DNA of 64,000 nt from an uncultured Bifidobacterium sp. (lineage in GTDB: Bacteria; Actinomycetota; Acidimicrobiia; Acidimicrobiales; Ilumatobacteraceae). The stretch's first letter is position 1. Every line of letters starts with the position of its first letter. The position numbers and the translations under genes are program-made. The notes beneath the pieces are model-generated. The model worked only from the letters and a program-made list of their open reading frames with translations, ran no database searches and was not told where the DNA came from. Positions 1 through 9,315 of this stretch are shown piece after piece. Location: positions 39,016 through 103,015 of the forward strand of contig CAZVPL010000001.1 of NCBI GenBank assembly GCA_964629075.1, given 5' to 3'.

Positions 1-962
1 GTTTCGAGGCGCTTCTCGATTTGGTGCCCTCTGGCGCAATCGTTCTGCTTCTGTTCGTCGGTTCTCAACGCGTGGGCGAGGGCGCGATGACCGTCGGCGA
101 GCTCGGCGGGTTCGTCTACCTCTTCACACTGCTCTCCTTTCCGCTTCGCATCATCGGATACGCGCTCAGCGAACTGCCGCACTCGCGAGCCGGACTGGCG
201 CACCTGAATGCTTTTCTCAACGAGGCCGTTGCGCGACAAGTGAGACCGGAACCGCGCCTTGGTGTCGGTGTCGAGATCCAAGGGTTGTCGGTCACCCATC
301 CGGGCCAGTCGGCGAAGACCCTCGACATCGAGTTCCTGTCGGTTGAGCAGGGTGCTTCGCTGGCAATTGTCGGCGAGACGGGATCCGGAAAATCGACTCT
401 TGTCGGTGTCCTGGCAGGGATCGTGCCGTTCGATGGCCAGATAACCGTCGGAGCACGTGGTGTCGCACCCGTATTCCAAGAGACGTTTCTCTTCGGAACG
501 ACGTTGCGCGAGAACCTGCTGTTTGGATGCGTGCGTCCGGAATCCGACATCAGGAATTCTCTCGAAATTGCGGGCGCACTCGAATTCGTCGAACAGCTTC
601 CCGACGGGATCGACACGGTCGTCGGAGAGCGCGGCGTGGGGCTGAGCGGCGGACAGCGGCAACGTCTCGCCCTTGCGCGGGCACTCCTCGCCGAACGCGA
701 CGTGCTGGTCTTGGACGACACGACGTCGGCCCTTGACCCCGAGACTGAGGCCTTGGTCATGGCAAACCTCGTGGCGAATCGTGGGGGCCGGACGCTGATC
801 GTGATCGCTTCGCGGCCCTCAACGGTGGCGATGGTCGGTGACGTTCTCTTCCTTGCCGGCGGTCGGGTCATTGATCGCGGAGGGCACGACGAGCTGCTGT
901 TGCGATGTCCTCGGTATGCAGAGCTGATGGAGTCCTACGAGAGTGATCGTCATGCCAAATGA
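1..962 (+). CDS. ABC transporter, fused permease/ATP-binding protein, C-terminal part (5' end lies outside the window)
   Basis: Frame is open to the window edge. Walker A GETGSGKST, ABC signature LSGGQRQRLALARAL, Walker B VLVLDD. The stop at 960-962 overlaps the start of the next ABC gene. Confidence 0.9.
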   Translation, partial: FEALLDLVPSGAIVLLLFVGSQRVGEGAMTVGELGGFVYLFTLLSFPLRIIGYALSELPHSRAGLAHLNAFLNEAVARQVRPEPRLGVGVEIQGLSVTHPGQSAKTLDIEFLSVEQGASLAIVGETGSGKSTLVGVLAGIVPFDGQITVGARGVAPVFQETFLFGTTLRENLLFGCVRPESDIRNSLEIAGALEFVEQLPDGIDTVVGERGVGLSGGQRQRLALARALLAERDVLVLDDTTSALDPETEALVMANLVANRGGRTLIVIASRPSTVAMVGDVLFLAGGRVIDRGGHDELLLRCPRYAELMESYESDRHAK

Positions 963-2775
963 CTCATCGAAGGGCGCGATCAATGTCATCTCGAGGGGTC
1001 TGGCGCTCAGCCCGGCGCTCAGACGCGGACTCGGTGTCACTGTGCTTCTTGCAATGCTCGGCACGGGGACTCGAGTCGCGATTCCCATTCTGGTCCAGCT
1101 CATCATCGACCGCGGAATCAGCGCCGAGGGCGTCGACTTCGAACTCGTGGCCGGACTGTGCGTCGCAAGTGCCTTTGTCGTGTCTCTCTCAGCGGTGTCG
1201 CTTCGCTCGGCCATTCGGCGTCTGGGAATGCGCAGCGAAGAGGCGCTCTACGGACTGCGCGTGAAACTGTTCGAACACATCCACGGACTGAGCATCTCGT
1301 ACCACAACGAAGAGAAGAAGGGTGCCTTGGTGGCACGTGTGACGAGTGACATCGAGACACTCGGACAATTCTTTTCATGGGGTGCCCTCGCGTGGTTGCT
1401 CGACGGCTCACTCATGTTCGTCATTGCGGTGATCATGCTTTCTTACGATTGGTTGCTCGCCGTCGTTGCATTGGTCGTTGCGGCACCGCTGGTCTATGGC
1501 TTCCGACGAGTGCAGGTTCGTCTGGTGAGGTCGTACGAAAAGGCGCGAACGTTGAATGGCTCGTACTTTGCCGAAGCTGCCGAGTTCGTCAACGGATCGG
1601 ACGTCCTGGTCGCCTATGGCCAGCGGGATGCATACGCAGAGAAACTGCTGGCAACGATGCGGCAGCGGTACAAAGCCCAGATCAAGGCGGGATTCCTCGG
1701 TGCACTCTTGTTTCCGATAGGCGAGCTTTTCTCGGTGTTGACGGTGGTTGCCGTGTCGGTGACGGCAATTGTGCGAGGACCCGAGGTTGGTTTGACATTG
1801 GGGGCCGTCGTCGGCTTCATCTTCCTCACGTACAGATTCCTCGAGCCAGTCGCCGAATTCACCGAAATCATCGACAACACTCAGGCGGCAGTTGCCGGTC
1901 TGACCAGAATCATCGAAGTTCTCGACACCCCGGTGGGTCCTCCCGAACCGATTGACCCGCGTCCGCTGCCTTCCGGGTCGCTCGACATCAGGTTCACGAG
2001 GGTCTGGTTTGCTTACCAAACGAGGCCCACGATGGTCGATCAGGACACGTCGACCCGGATTCGAGCCGAAGGGCCCGATGACAATCCGTTTGTCGTTCGT
2101 AATCTCAGCCTCGAGATTCCATTCGGTCAGCACGTCGCGGTCATTGGCTCGACCGGTTCCGGCAAAACCACAATGGGACGACTCGTTTCACGACTCGTAG
2201 ATCCGTCCAGCGGCACCGTCTCTTTGGGCGGCGTGTCCTTGGCCGATGTTCGTCGCGAGGATCTTCGTTCGGTTCTCACCTTCGTTCCCCAGGAGCCTTT
2301 CCTTTTCGACGGAACCATTTTTTCGAACCTTCAATTCGTCGATGCCGCAGCCAACGAGGCGACGTGCCTCGGCGTTGCGGCGCAGCTTGGGCTCGATGAA
2401 TGGTTGAGCGGGCTACCGGACGGTCTTGCGACGCGGGTCGGTGAGAGGGGCAACGACTTGTCAGCAGGCGAACGTCAACTCGTCGCGTTGTTTCGTTCGG
2501 CGATTGCCGCGCCGAAGATTCTCATTCTTGACGAGGCGACCTCGGCAGTTGATCCACTGATAGAAGTGCGGATCTCGCGTGCTTTTGAAGCGCTGGCGGC
2601 GGGTCGCACAACCATTGCAATCGCGCACCGGTTGAGTACGGCGATGCGGGCCGACAGGATCCTCGTGATGGATGCGGGCGTGATCGTCGAAGACGGTACC
2701 CACGACGAGCTTGTCAACAGGTGTGGGCGTTATTCGACGCTCTACGAGGCATGGGTTGTCGCGACAGGGGGGTGA
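943..2775 (+). CDS. ABC transporter, fused permease/ATP-binding protein (partner of the upstream gene, exporter type)
   Basis: Hydrophobic multi-helix N-terminal half. Walker A GSTGSGKTT, signature LSAGERQLVALFRS, Walker B ILILDEATSAVD. Start is GTG 943 or ATG 952. Confidence 0.9.
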   Translation: MIVMPNDSSKGAINVISRGLALSPALRRGLGVTVLLAMLGTGTRVAIPILVQLIIDRGISAEGVDFELVAGLCVASAFVVSLSAVSLRSAIRRLGMRSEEALYGLRVKLFEHIHGLSISYHNEEKKGALVARVTSDIETLGQFFSWGALAWLLDGSLMFVIAVIMLSYDWLLAVVALVVAAPLVYGFRRVQVRLVRSYEKARTLNGSYFAEAAEFVNGSDVLVAYGQRDAYAEKLLATMRQRYKAQIKAGFLGALLFPIGELFSVLTVVAVSVTAIVRGPEVGLTLGAVVGFIFLTYRFLEPVAEFTEIIDNTQAAVAGLTRIIEVLDTPVGPPEPIDPRPLPSGSLDIRFTRVWFAYQTRPTMVDQDTSTRIRAEGPDDNPFVVRNLSLEIPFGQHVAVIGSTGSGKTTMGRLVSRLVDPSSGTVSLGGVSLADVRREDLRSVLTFVPQEPFLFDGTIFSNLQFVDAAANEATCLGVAAQLGLDEWLSGLPDGLATRVGERGNDLSAGERQLVALFRSAIAAPKILILDEATSAVDPLIEVRISRAFEALAAGRTTIAIAHRLSTAMRADRILVMDAGVIVEDGTHDELVNRCGRYSTLYEAWVVATGG

Positions 2776-2805
2776 GCCCCGGCGTGCGGATAGTTTTGTG
2801 ATTTG

Positions 2806-3549
2806 ATGCGCCGCACCGTGGTTCTCCTTGTGTTGCTGCCGTTCGTCGTGGCGTGCAGCGCCGGAGATACGCAACGCCTCGCCATCTGTGAACGATCAGT
2901 CGCAATCGAAACCGCCATCGCGCGTTCCGGTGAGCTTGCTGCCGAAACGAAGACCATGAACGCCGCGGTGCTGCGGAATCAACTCGATGAAGACATGCGG
3001 AGCCTGACGGCTGCGCTTGATGTAGCACCCGAAAGCATCGTGAGCGACATCTCGACCGTGCTGTCCCGACTGCGGAACCTTTACGGTTCGCTCGAGTTGC
3101 TCGAGTGGGACGCTGCTCGATTCATCTCGAATGATCGCCTCGACGAGGCATTGGCAGCTCTCGGATCGGTGAACACCCGACGACACCTGGCGCGCTTGAG
3201 TGGGTATCTGGTCGATGCTTGCGAGGATCAGTCTCTGGGGGGTTCGGTTCCGCCCGACACCGTCATCGCAACGCCTCCGACCTCCACGTCGACACCGGTA
3301 GTAGAGGAGCCGATTCCCGAAGAGCAAGATCTGCTCACCGTGCACGTCGCGATGGGGACGGCAATTGCCGAGAGCTTCGGGATTCCGGTCACCGTTGAGC
3401 AGGCCGAATGCCTTGGCGGAGAAGCAGACATGGTTGCCGTCGACGGCGACATTGAGAATCCCACCGACTGGCAAAGCAGGCTGGATGAAGCCTTTCTCGC
3501 GATTTTTCCAAAGTGCGGCCTCACCGCGCCGGATCGACCAACACCTTGA
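2806..3549 (+). CDS. putative lipoprotein, function unknown
   Basis: N-terminus MRRTVVLLVLLPFVVAC-SAG looks like a signal peptide plus lipobox. Pro/Thr-rich segment mid-protein. TTG 2803 is an alternative start. Confidence 0.6.
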   Translation: MRRTVVLLVLLPFVVACSAGDTQRLAICERSVAIETAIARSGELAAETKTMNAAVLRNQLDEDMRSLTAALDVAPESIVSDISTVLSRLRNLYGSLELLEWDAARFISNDRLDEALAALGSVNTRRHLARLSGYLVDACEDQSLGGSVPPDTVIATPPTSTSTPVVEEPIPEEQDLLTVHVAMGTAIAESFGIPVTVEQAECLGGEADMVAVDGDIENPTDWQSRLDEAFLAIFPKCGLTAPDRPTP

Positions 3550-4540
3550 TTGCACTCGACGGATCGTCGGCCAGACGGGCGATCGCCTCGGGCAGTTCAC
3601 TCAGACCGACCGTCTTGTCGTGCAGGGGATCGACCAGGATTCTTCCATCGGCCATCAGGTTCATCGTTTCGACGAAGTCATGGTGGTTGTAGGCGAGTGA
3701 TGCGACCACGGTGACTTCCTTGATCAGCCAGGACTGCGGCGAGATCGTCGCTGCGCCGGATGCGAGTCCGACGAGGTTGACCCGCCCCCCGCGGCGCACG
3801 AGATCAACGGCGACCTGAATGGTCGGAGGCACACCGGCACACTCGAACACGAGATCGGCACCCCTCGACCCGAATCTCTCCCGGGCGTCTTCCGGCGTGA
3901 TTGCCTCGTCTGCGCCCACGTCGAGGGCCTTCGAGCGTCGTAATTCGTTGGGTTCGATCGCAATGACCCGGCCCGCGCCCGCCGTCTTGGCCACTTGGAG
4001 GGTCAAGAGACCGATCGGGCCGCAACCCTGAACGAGCACAACCTCGTCGGGCCGAGGAAGGGTGCGCATCACTGCGTGATAGGCAACGGTTGCCGGCTCG
4101 ACGATGGAGGCCTGGTTTGCCGTCAGTGACGGATTCGTCCTGATAAGCCGAAGGGCGTCGACGGCGATTGCAGGCGCAAAGGCACCGTGCGGTGGAGCGA
4201 GTGGGTCACGGCCGAGAGCGTTCAGAAAAGCGTAGGTGCAGTAATTCGTTCGGCCGGACACGCATTCGGGGCAACGTCCGCATGCAGCCGATACACCGCA
4301 CACCACGCGATCACCTTCCTTGATGTGGCGCACGTCGGCCGCCACAGCCGAGACGGTGCCCGAGAACTCGTGACCACAAATTGCCGGGTTGTACGGCTCC
4401 TTCGAGAGGAACCCGTGGAGATCGGTCCCACAAATGCCGCACGAGTCAACCTTCACCACGGCCTTGCCTGTCGACGCAACGGGCTCGGGAAACTCGATGA
4501 ACTCCATCGTACGAAGTCCGGTGATGAGCGCTGCCTTCAT
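3521..4540 (-). CDS. Zn-dependent medium-chain alcohol/polyol dehydrogenase
   Basis: Motifs CGICGTDLHGF, ICGHEFSGTV and the NAD fold VQGCGPIGLL. Start placed at MKAALITG (ATG 4540-4538). The long upstream extension of the 533-aa ORF overlaps the ThuA-like gene. Confidence 0.9.
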   Translation of the reverse strand: MKAALITGLRTMEFIEFPEPVASTGKAVVKVDSCGICGTDLHGFLSKEPYNPAICGHEFSGTVSAVAADVRHIKEGDRVVCGVSAACGRCPECVSGRTNYCTYAFLNALGRDPLAPPHGAFAPAIAVDALRLIRTNPSLTANQASIVEPATVAYHAVMRTLPRPDEVVLVQGCGPIGLLTLQVAKTAGAGRVIAIEPNELRRSKALDVGADEAITPEDARERFGSRGADLVFECAGVPPTIQVAVDLVRRGGRVNLVGLASGAATISPQSWLIKEVTVVASLAYNHHDFVETMNLMADGRILVDPLHDKTVGLSELPEAIARLADDPSSAIKVLVDPAR

Positions 4541-5343
4541 GATCGTGTCTCCGGTGCTGGTTGTTGGGTGATTCGTTCGATCGCGGGTTCGATCGCCCAC
4601 GCCAAGCCGCGACGCAACAATTCGTGGAACTCCGAGAGTTCCCAAGATCCACGATCGATGGTGGGCCACCTCATGCCATTGAACGGCGCATGTTTCATGT
4701 CCCAATGACTCCGACAGTGACCCAGGGTGAAATAGAGAACAGACCCTTGTCCGAGTGGGCGCCGGTACATCACGTATCTCGGCTCGTCGGTGGGCCAATG
4801 CGACTCGGCGAAGCTGCTCGTGGTCCCGGTCCAGCGCGTTTCGAGTAACGGCTCGATGGCGGCACGGATCTCGGAGAGATAGAGCTCGTCGTTTGCATGG
4901 AACGTGGTGATGCCGGCGACCAGTGGATCGGCCTCGGCACCGGGTGACACGGTGACGGCATACGGCTCGATCGGCGGATGGGAAAGGAAACGACTCCCGA
5001 GCACGTCGCTGAACACGGGCATCGCATCGGGTGTTTCGAACGCCGGGCCAAACGATTCCGGACCGTCTATCGCCGAATTGGTCGCGTGCAGCGCGAATAT
5101 CCTGCCGCCTGCCTCGACCCAATCCTTGATGGCGACCTGGGCCCCCATCGATGGACGGACGTCGCAGGTGTACGTGACGAGCAAATCCGCGTCGGACAGA
5201 AGATCGATGTTTTCGTAGTCACTCGAGACCTGGGTGCGAATACGTTCGTCTGCCGCGAGCAACTTCAGAAGTTCGAGGCGCGCAAAATCAAAGTCGTGCC
5301 ATTTTCCGCCGACCACAAGGACGGCATTGATACGGCCTGACAT
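4537..5343 (-). CDS. ThuA-like (trehalose-utilisation domain) protein
   Basis: MSGRINAVLVVGGKWHDFDF...GGRIFALHATNS pattern typical of ThuA/class-I amidotransferase-like domains. Stop overlaps the ADH start (ATGA at 4537-4540). Confidence 0.7.
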   Translation of the reverse strand: MSGRINAVLVVGGKWHDFDFARLELLKLLAADERIRTQVSSDYENIDLLSDADLLVTYTCDVRPSMGAQVAIKDWVEAGGRIFALHATNSAIDGPESFGPAFETPDAMPVFSDVLGSRFLSHPPIEPYAVTVSPGAEADPLVAGITTFHANDELYLSEIRAAIEPLLETRWTGTTSSFAESHWPTDEPRYVMYRRPLGQGSVLYFTLGHCRSHWDMKHAPFNGMRWPTIDRGSWELSEFHELLRRGLAWAIEPAIERITQQPAPETRS

Positions 5344-5362
5344 TCCGAGCGACGACCGGCCG

Positions 5363-6115
5363 TCAGAAGTTGATGCGCTTGGTGTAACCGCCGTCGATGA
5401 CGAGGTTTGCGCCTGTGATGAGACTCGCCGCCGGGGACGCGAGGAAAGCCACTGCATTTGCGATCTCGACCGGATCACCGAGACGCTTCACGGGCATCTT
5501 GTTGACGATGGTGTTGTAGAAGTCCGCCATGTTCTGCTTGATGACGTCCCAGTTGCCGCCCTCAAAGAACACCGGACCCGGCGACACCATGTTCACCCGG
5601 ATGCCTTTCGAAGCGAGCGATTGCGAGAGATTCGATGCGTAAGCAACCATCGCCGCTTTCATGGGGCCGAAACTTCCCGGTCCGGCGAATTCTTCCTGGG
5701 CGGCGATGCTGCTCAGACACACGATGGAACCGCCACCGCCGGCTTCCATCACCGGTGCGAGCACCTCGGCCGCGCGTACGAGGCCGAGCACGTCGAGGTT
5801 GAGATTCTTGACCCACTGTTCTTCTCCGCGACCGGAGGCGCCGGACATGTTGTGCACGAAAACGTCGCAACCCCCAAGCTGCTCCGCTGCCTTCGTGAGC
5901 CACGCTTTGTAGGCGGTTCCATCGCCGGCGTCGATGCCTTCGCCGTACGCCTTCACTCCGATGCTGGCGATGCTGGCGACCGCCTCGGCGACGTCACCAC
6001 GCGCGCAAATTGCAACGTCACATCCCTCGCGAGCCAACAGTTGGGCAGTGGCGAGACCGAGTCCGCGCTTGCCACCCGTGACGATCGCCTTCTTGCCTTT
6101 GAGTCCAAGATCCAT
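5363..6115 (-). CDS. short-chain dehydrogenase/reductase (SDR)
   Basis: KKAIVTGGKRGLG nucleotide-binding motif and IRVNMVSPGPV. Start placed at MDLGLKGK (ATG 6115-6113). Confidence 0.85.
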   Translation of the reverse strand: MDLGLKGKKAIVTGGKRGLGLATAQLLAREGCDVAICARGDVAEAVASIASIGVKAYGEGIDAGDGTAYKAWLTKAAEQLGGCDVFVHNMSGASGRGEEQWVKNLNLDVLGLVRAAEVLAPVMEAGGGGSIVCLSSIAAQEEFAGPGSFGPMKAAMVAYASNLSQSLASKGIRVNMVSPGPVFFEGGNWDVIKQNMADFYNTIVNKMPVKRLGDPVEIANAVAFLASPAASLITGANLVIDGGYTKRINF

Positions 6116-6198
6116 GAATCCCCCTGTCGTATGACGGCCGGTCACCGTCGTGTTGCCGACGGCACACGTGCCGCATTCGCAGAGCATAGGGTGGTCGC

Positions 6199-6975
6199 AT
6201 GAACCCACGTGAAGTCGCACTGGTGACCGGTGCAGGATCGGGCATTGGCAAGGCCACGGCGAAAGTGTTTGCGGACAGGGGGTACGGAGTCGTCGCTGTC
6301 GACCTGACCTCCGAGAGCCTGGCGTGGACGGCCTCGGAACCGGATCCTTCCCGGTATGTCGCCATTGCCGGCACCGTCACGAGCGAGGCGTTGAACAAGG
6401 AAGCGGTGGCCGCAGCCGTCGAGACTTTCGGCCGGCTCGACGTTTCGATTTTGAACGCGGGCATCACTGGGTCTCGACCCTGGAACGAGGACGGAGCAAT
6501 CGATGCGTTGCGACGCATCCTTGACGTCAATGTCGTTGGCGTCGCCATCGGCATCAACGAGGCGGCGGCAGTGATGAAAAAGCAGGGGACCGGCGTCATT
6601 CTTCCGACGTGCTCGACCTCGGGTTTGCGCGGGGATCCCGGAAGCTGGGCGTACAACGCCTCAAAGGCCGCTGTCATCAACCTCGTGCGCGCTGCGGCGC
6701 TCGACCTGGGCCCTTTCGGCATACGCGTCAACGGCGTTGCCCCGGGTCCAACGGAAACGGGCCTCACGGTTCGTTTGAACGAGATGCCGGAACTCAAGCG
6801 GGGCATGGTGAACCGCATCCCACTTGGGCGTTGGGGTCAGCCCGAGGATCTCGCCGAGGTCTTCTTCTTTCTTGCCTCTCGCGCGGCGTCATTCATCACG
6901 GGCGACACGATCTTTTGCGACGGAGGTATCTCGGCAAACGCGGGGCACTTCCCGTTGCCGGAACGTCCGCGTTGA
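6199..6975 (+). CDS. short-chain dehydrogenase/reductase (SDR)
   Basis: VALVTGAGSGIGKA, NAGI, catalytic YNASKAAV, IRVNGVAPGPT. Confidence 0.9.
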   Translation: MNPREVALVTGAGSGIGKATAKVFADRGYGVVAVDLTSESLAWTASEPDPSRYVAIAGTVTSEALNKEAVAAAVETFGRLDVSILNAGITGSRPWNEDGAIDALRRILDVNVVGVAIGINEAAAVMKKQGTGVILPTCSTSGLRGDPGSWAYNASKAAVINLVRAAALDLGPFGIRVNGVAPGPTETGLTVRLNEMPELKRGMVNRIPLGRWGQPEDLAEVFFFLASRAASFITGDTIFCDGGISANAGHFPLPERPR

Positions 6976-6998
6976 TGCGTCTTTGTTAGCGTGTCGTC

Positions 6999-7523
6999 AT
7001 GGCCGACAAGTACATCACCAACTACGAAGATGTCACCGTCTATGGGCTCGACACCGAGACCGAGGACCTGATGCACGAGCAGCAGAAGGAACTCACCTTC
7101 TGTTGGACGACGAAGGACGGTTCCCCCATGGCGTCGATTCTCAGTTACTTCCGCAAGGACGGAAAGTTCTGGATGACGTCGGCCGCGCACCGCAAGCGCG
7201 TGCCCGCGATTCGTCGCGACCCACGTGTCGCAGTTGTGATCACCTCGACCGGCCAGCCCATGGGTGGCGGTCGCACCGTCACCTACAAAGGCACGGCACG
7301 TGTCCTCGACGACCGTGCAACGAAGGAATGGTTCTACCCGGCGCTTGCCGACCGGTTGTATGGCCAAAATCCTGAGCGCGCGGCCGAGTTCGCGAAGATG
7401 CTCGACTCACCCGACCGCATCATCATTGAGGTGACGCCGGGTCTTCGTGTCGGCTACGACGGTGCGAAGATGGCTGCAGCGACGACGCGGTCGCGCGATG
7501 CCGGTGTGTTGAAGAAACTCTGA
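6999..7523 (+). CDS. pyridoxamine 5'-phosphate oxidase-like (PPOX/F420-dependent class) protein
   Basis: Size and pattern (ELTFCWTTKDGSPMASILSYF...RRDPRVAVVI) resemble the split-barrel PPOX family. Assignment is from memory. Confidence 0.6.
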   Translation: MADKYITNYEDVTVYGLDTETEDLMHEQQKELTFCWTTKDGSPMASILSYFRKDGKFWMTSAAHRKRVPAIRRDPRVAVVITSTGQPMGGGRTVTYKGTARVLDDRATKEWFYPALADRLYGQNPERAAEFAKMLDSPDRIIIEVTPGLRVGYDGAKMAAATTRSRDAGVLKKL

Positions 7524-7542
7524 CCTCGTCAACAACCCTGAT

Positions 7543-9210
7543 CTATTCACCGAGCCCAAGTGCGGTCATCGCGGTTTCTCGGGTGATTTTGTAGTCGGCT
7601 TTGCCACTGGGGCTGCGGTACACCGAGTCGACAAACACGATGTGCTTCGGACACTTGTAGGACGCGAGATGCTTGCGCATTTCGGCGACGAGTTCGGTCT
7701 CCGTGATGGCCGAGTTCGCCGAGCGTGAGACCACGGCAACCACTGCATTGCCGAAGCGATCATCGGGAACACCGACGACCGTGCAGTCTGCGATACCCGG
7801 TACGGCCCGCGCAACGACTTCGACCTCTTCGGGGTAGACCTTCTCACCGCCGGTATTGATGCAAACGGACCCGCGACCAAGAAGGTGCATGGTTCCGTCG
7901 GCATCGATGAGGGCGTAGTCGCCGGGAACCGTGTATCTCACGCCATTGACCGTGCGGAAGGTCGAGGCGGATTTCTCGGGATCCCGGAAATAGCCCTGCG
8001 GAATCGGCCCCGATGCGCCGAGGACTCCGACCCGTCCGCTACCTCGGGGAATGATCTCCCACGTTTGGTCGTCGAAAGTGACGACGTTCGGCGGTGCGAC
8101 GAAAACCGCGGTTGCGAGAGGCGATTTGTCGGGGGTCGTCATGTCGATGCCGAACGGACCACCTTCGCTGGCGCCCAACATGTCGATCATGGTGGCGTTC
8201 GGCATGAAGGAACGCAGCGAAAGCTTTTGGTCGCCGGAAAGTGTCGCCCCGGACGAAGTGATGCGCGCCACGCTCGTCAGGTCGGGCAACTTGGCTCCCG
8301 TTGATTGAAGGCCTTCGAGATAACGGTTGATTGGTTTGGCGAAGGCATCGCCAACGAGCGATATCTGGTTCACCCTGTACTTCTCGGTCAGCGTCACCAA
8401 CTCGGCCGGATCGAACTTGCGTGACTTCAGCAACACGACTTTTCCGCCCAAGACAAAACTCGACATTGCGAGAAAAAGCGCGACTCCGTGCATCAGCGGC
8501 GGCGCGCAGAGATTTGTCGGACTCTTTCCCTCGGCATTCAATTGACGCGCGACACGGCCAACTTCGTCTGAGCTTGATGGAAGCGGCAATCCGAGGGCCT
8601 GGTACCCCGATGAGGCGAGCGCACCGAACAAGTCGACGTGACGCCACATCACGCCTTTCGGCATTCCGGTCGTACCGCCCGTATAGAGGAACAACAGGTC
8701 TTCTCCCGATCGTCCGATGCGTGGGGCGGGAGGTGCGAGGGTGATGGCCGTGGCGTAGTCGAGGTGACCAGCGGGAAGCGGCTCCTTCCCATCGAGGTCG
8801 TCGACCCGAATCAGGGTGCGCAGAGAGGGAACCAACTCCTGCAGCCCGCTGACGCGGTCGGAGAGCGACGCGTGGTACAGAAGCACCTCTGCTTCGGAGT
8901 TGTTGAGAATGTAGGCGACCTCGTTCACGAGGTACCTGTAGTTCACGTTGACTGGAGTCGCACGAAGCTTGAACAGCGCGTAGACGCTTTCAAGGTACGC
9001 AGCGTCGTTGTACAGCAGTTGCGCGACTCGTGAGCCTTGGGCAACTCCGCGTTCGGCAAACACGGACGCGAGTCGCGCCGCGTGGTCGTCGAGCTCATGC
9101 CAGCGAATCTCTTGATCGCCGAGCACCACCGCGATTTGGTCGGGTTGGGCATCCGCAAGGGCCTCCCACAAACTGGCCCAACTTTCCGAAACGTAGGGAA
9201 CTGTCGACAT
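7543..9210 (-). CDS. acyl-CoA synthetase / AMP-dependent ligase
   Basis: AMP-binding motif LYTGGTTGMPKGV, then GEKVYPEEVE, C-terminal SGKADY. Start at MSTVPYV (ATG 9210-9208) is preceded by AGGTGG. The 696-aa ORF extension is rejected. Confidence 0.9.
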   Translation of the reverse strand: MSTVPYVSESWASLWEALADAQPDQIAVVLGDQEIRWHELDDHAARLASVFAERGVAQGSRVAQLLYNDAAYLESVYALFKLRATPVNVNYRYLVNEVAYILNNSEAEVLLYHASLSDRVSGLQELVPSLRTLIRVDDLDGKEPLPAGHLDYATAITLAPPAPRIGRSGEDLLFLYTGGTTGMPKGVMWRHVDLFGALASSGYQALGLPLPSSSDEVGRVARQLNAEGKSPTNLCAPPLMHGVALFLAMSSFVLGGKVVLLKSRKFDPAELVTLTEKYRVNQISLVGDAFAKPINRYLEGLQSTGAKLPDLTSVARITSSGATLSGDQKLSLRSFMPNATMIDMLGASEGGPFGIDMTTPDKSPLATAVFVAPPNVVTFDDQTWEIIPRGSGRVGVLGASGPIPQGYFRDPEKSASTFRTVNGVRYTVPGDYALIDADGTMHLLGRGSVCINTGGEKVYPEEVEVVARAVPGIADCTVVGVPDDRFGNAVVAVVSRSANSAITETELVAEMRKHLASYKCPKHIVFVDSVYRSPSGKADYKITRETAMTALGLGE

Positions 9211-9315
9211 GACTCCACCTTGCGACTCGTCGTTCGGAGAAGTGTAGATGCAGCCCCATTCGCTCTCGGTTGGTTCCGGAATCGAGGACGCCGGCGCGCG
9301 ATCTAGTTTGGGGAC

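Noticed and set aside
4541-5122. N-terminal 194-aa extension of the Zn-ADH ORF (533-aa ORF 3521-5122)
   Set aside because: The extension is Arg-rich nonsense overlapping the ThuA-like gene in another frame. The ADH homology begins exactly at MKAALITG (ATG 4540). The upstream parts of ORFs 7543-9633, 11807-12712, 43330-44400 and 46456-48141 were trimmed for the same reason.
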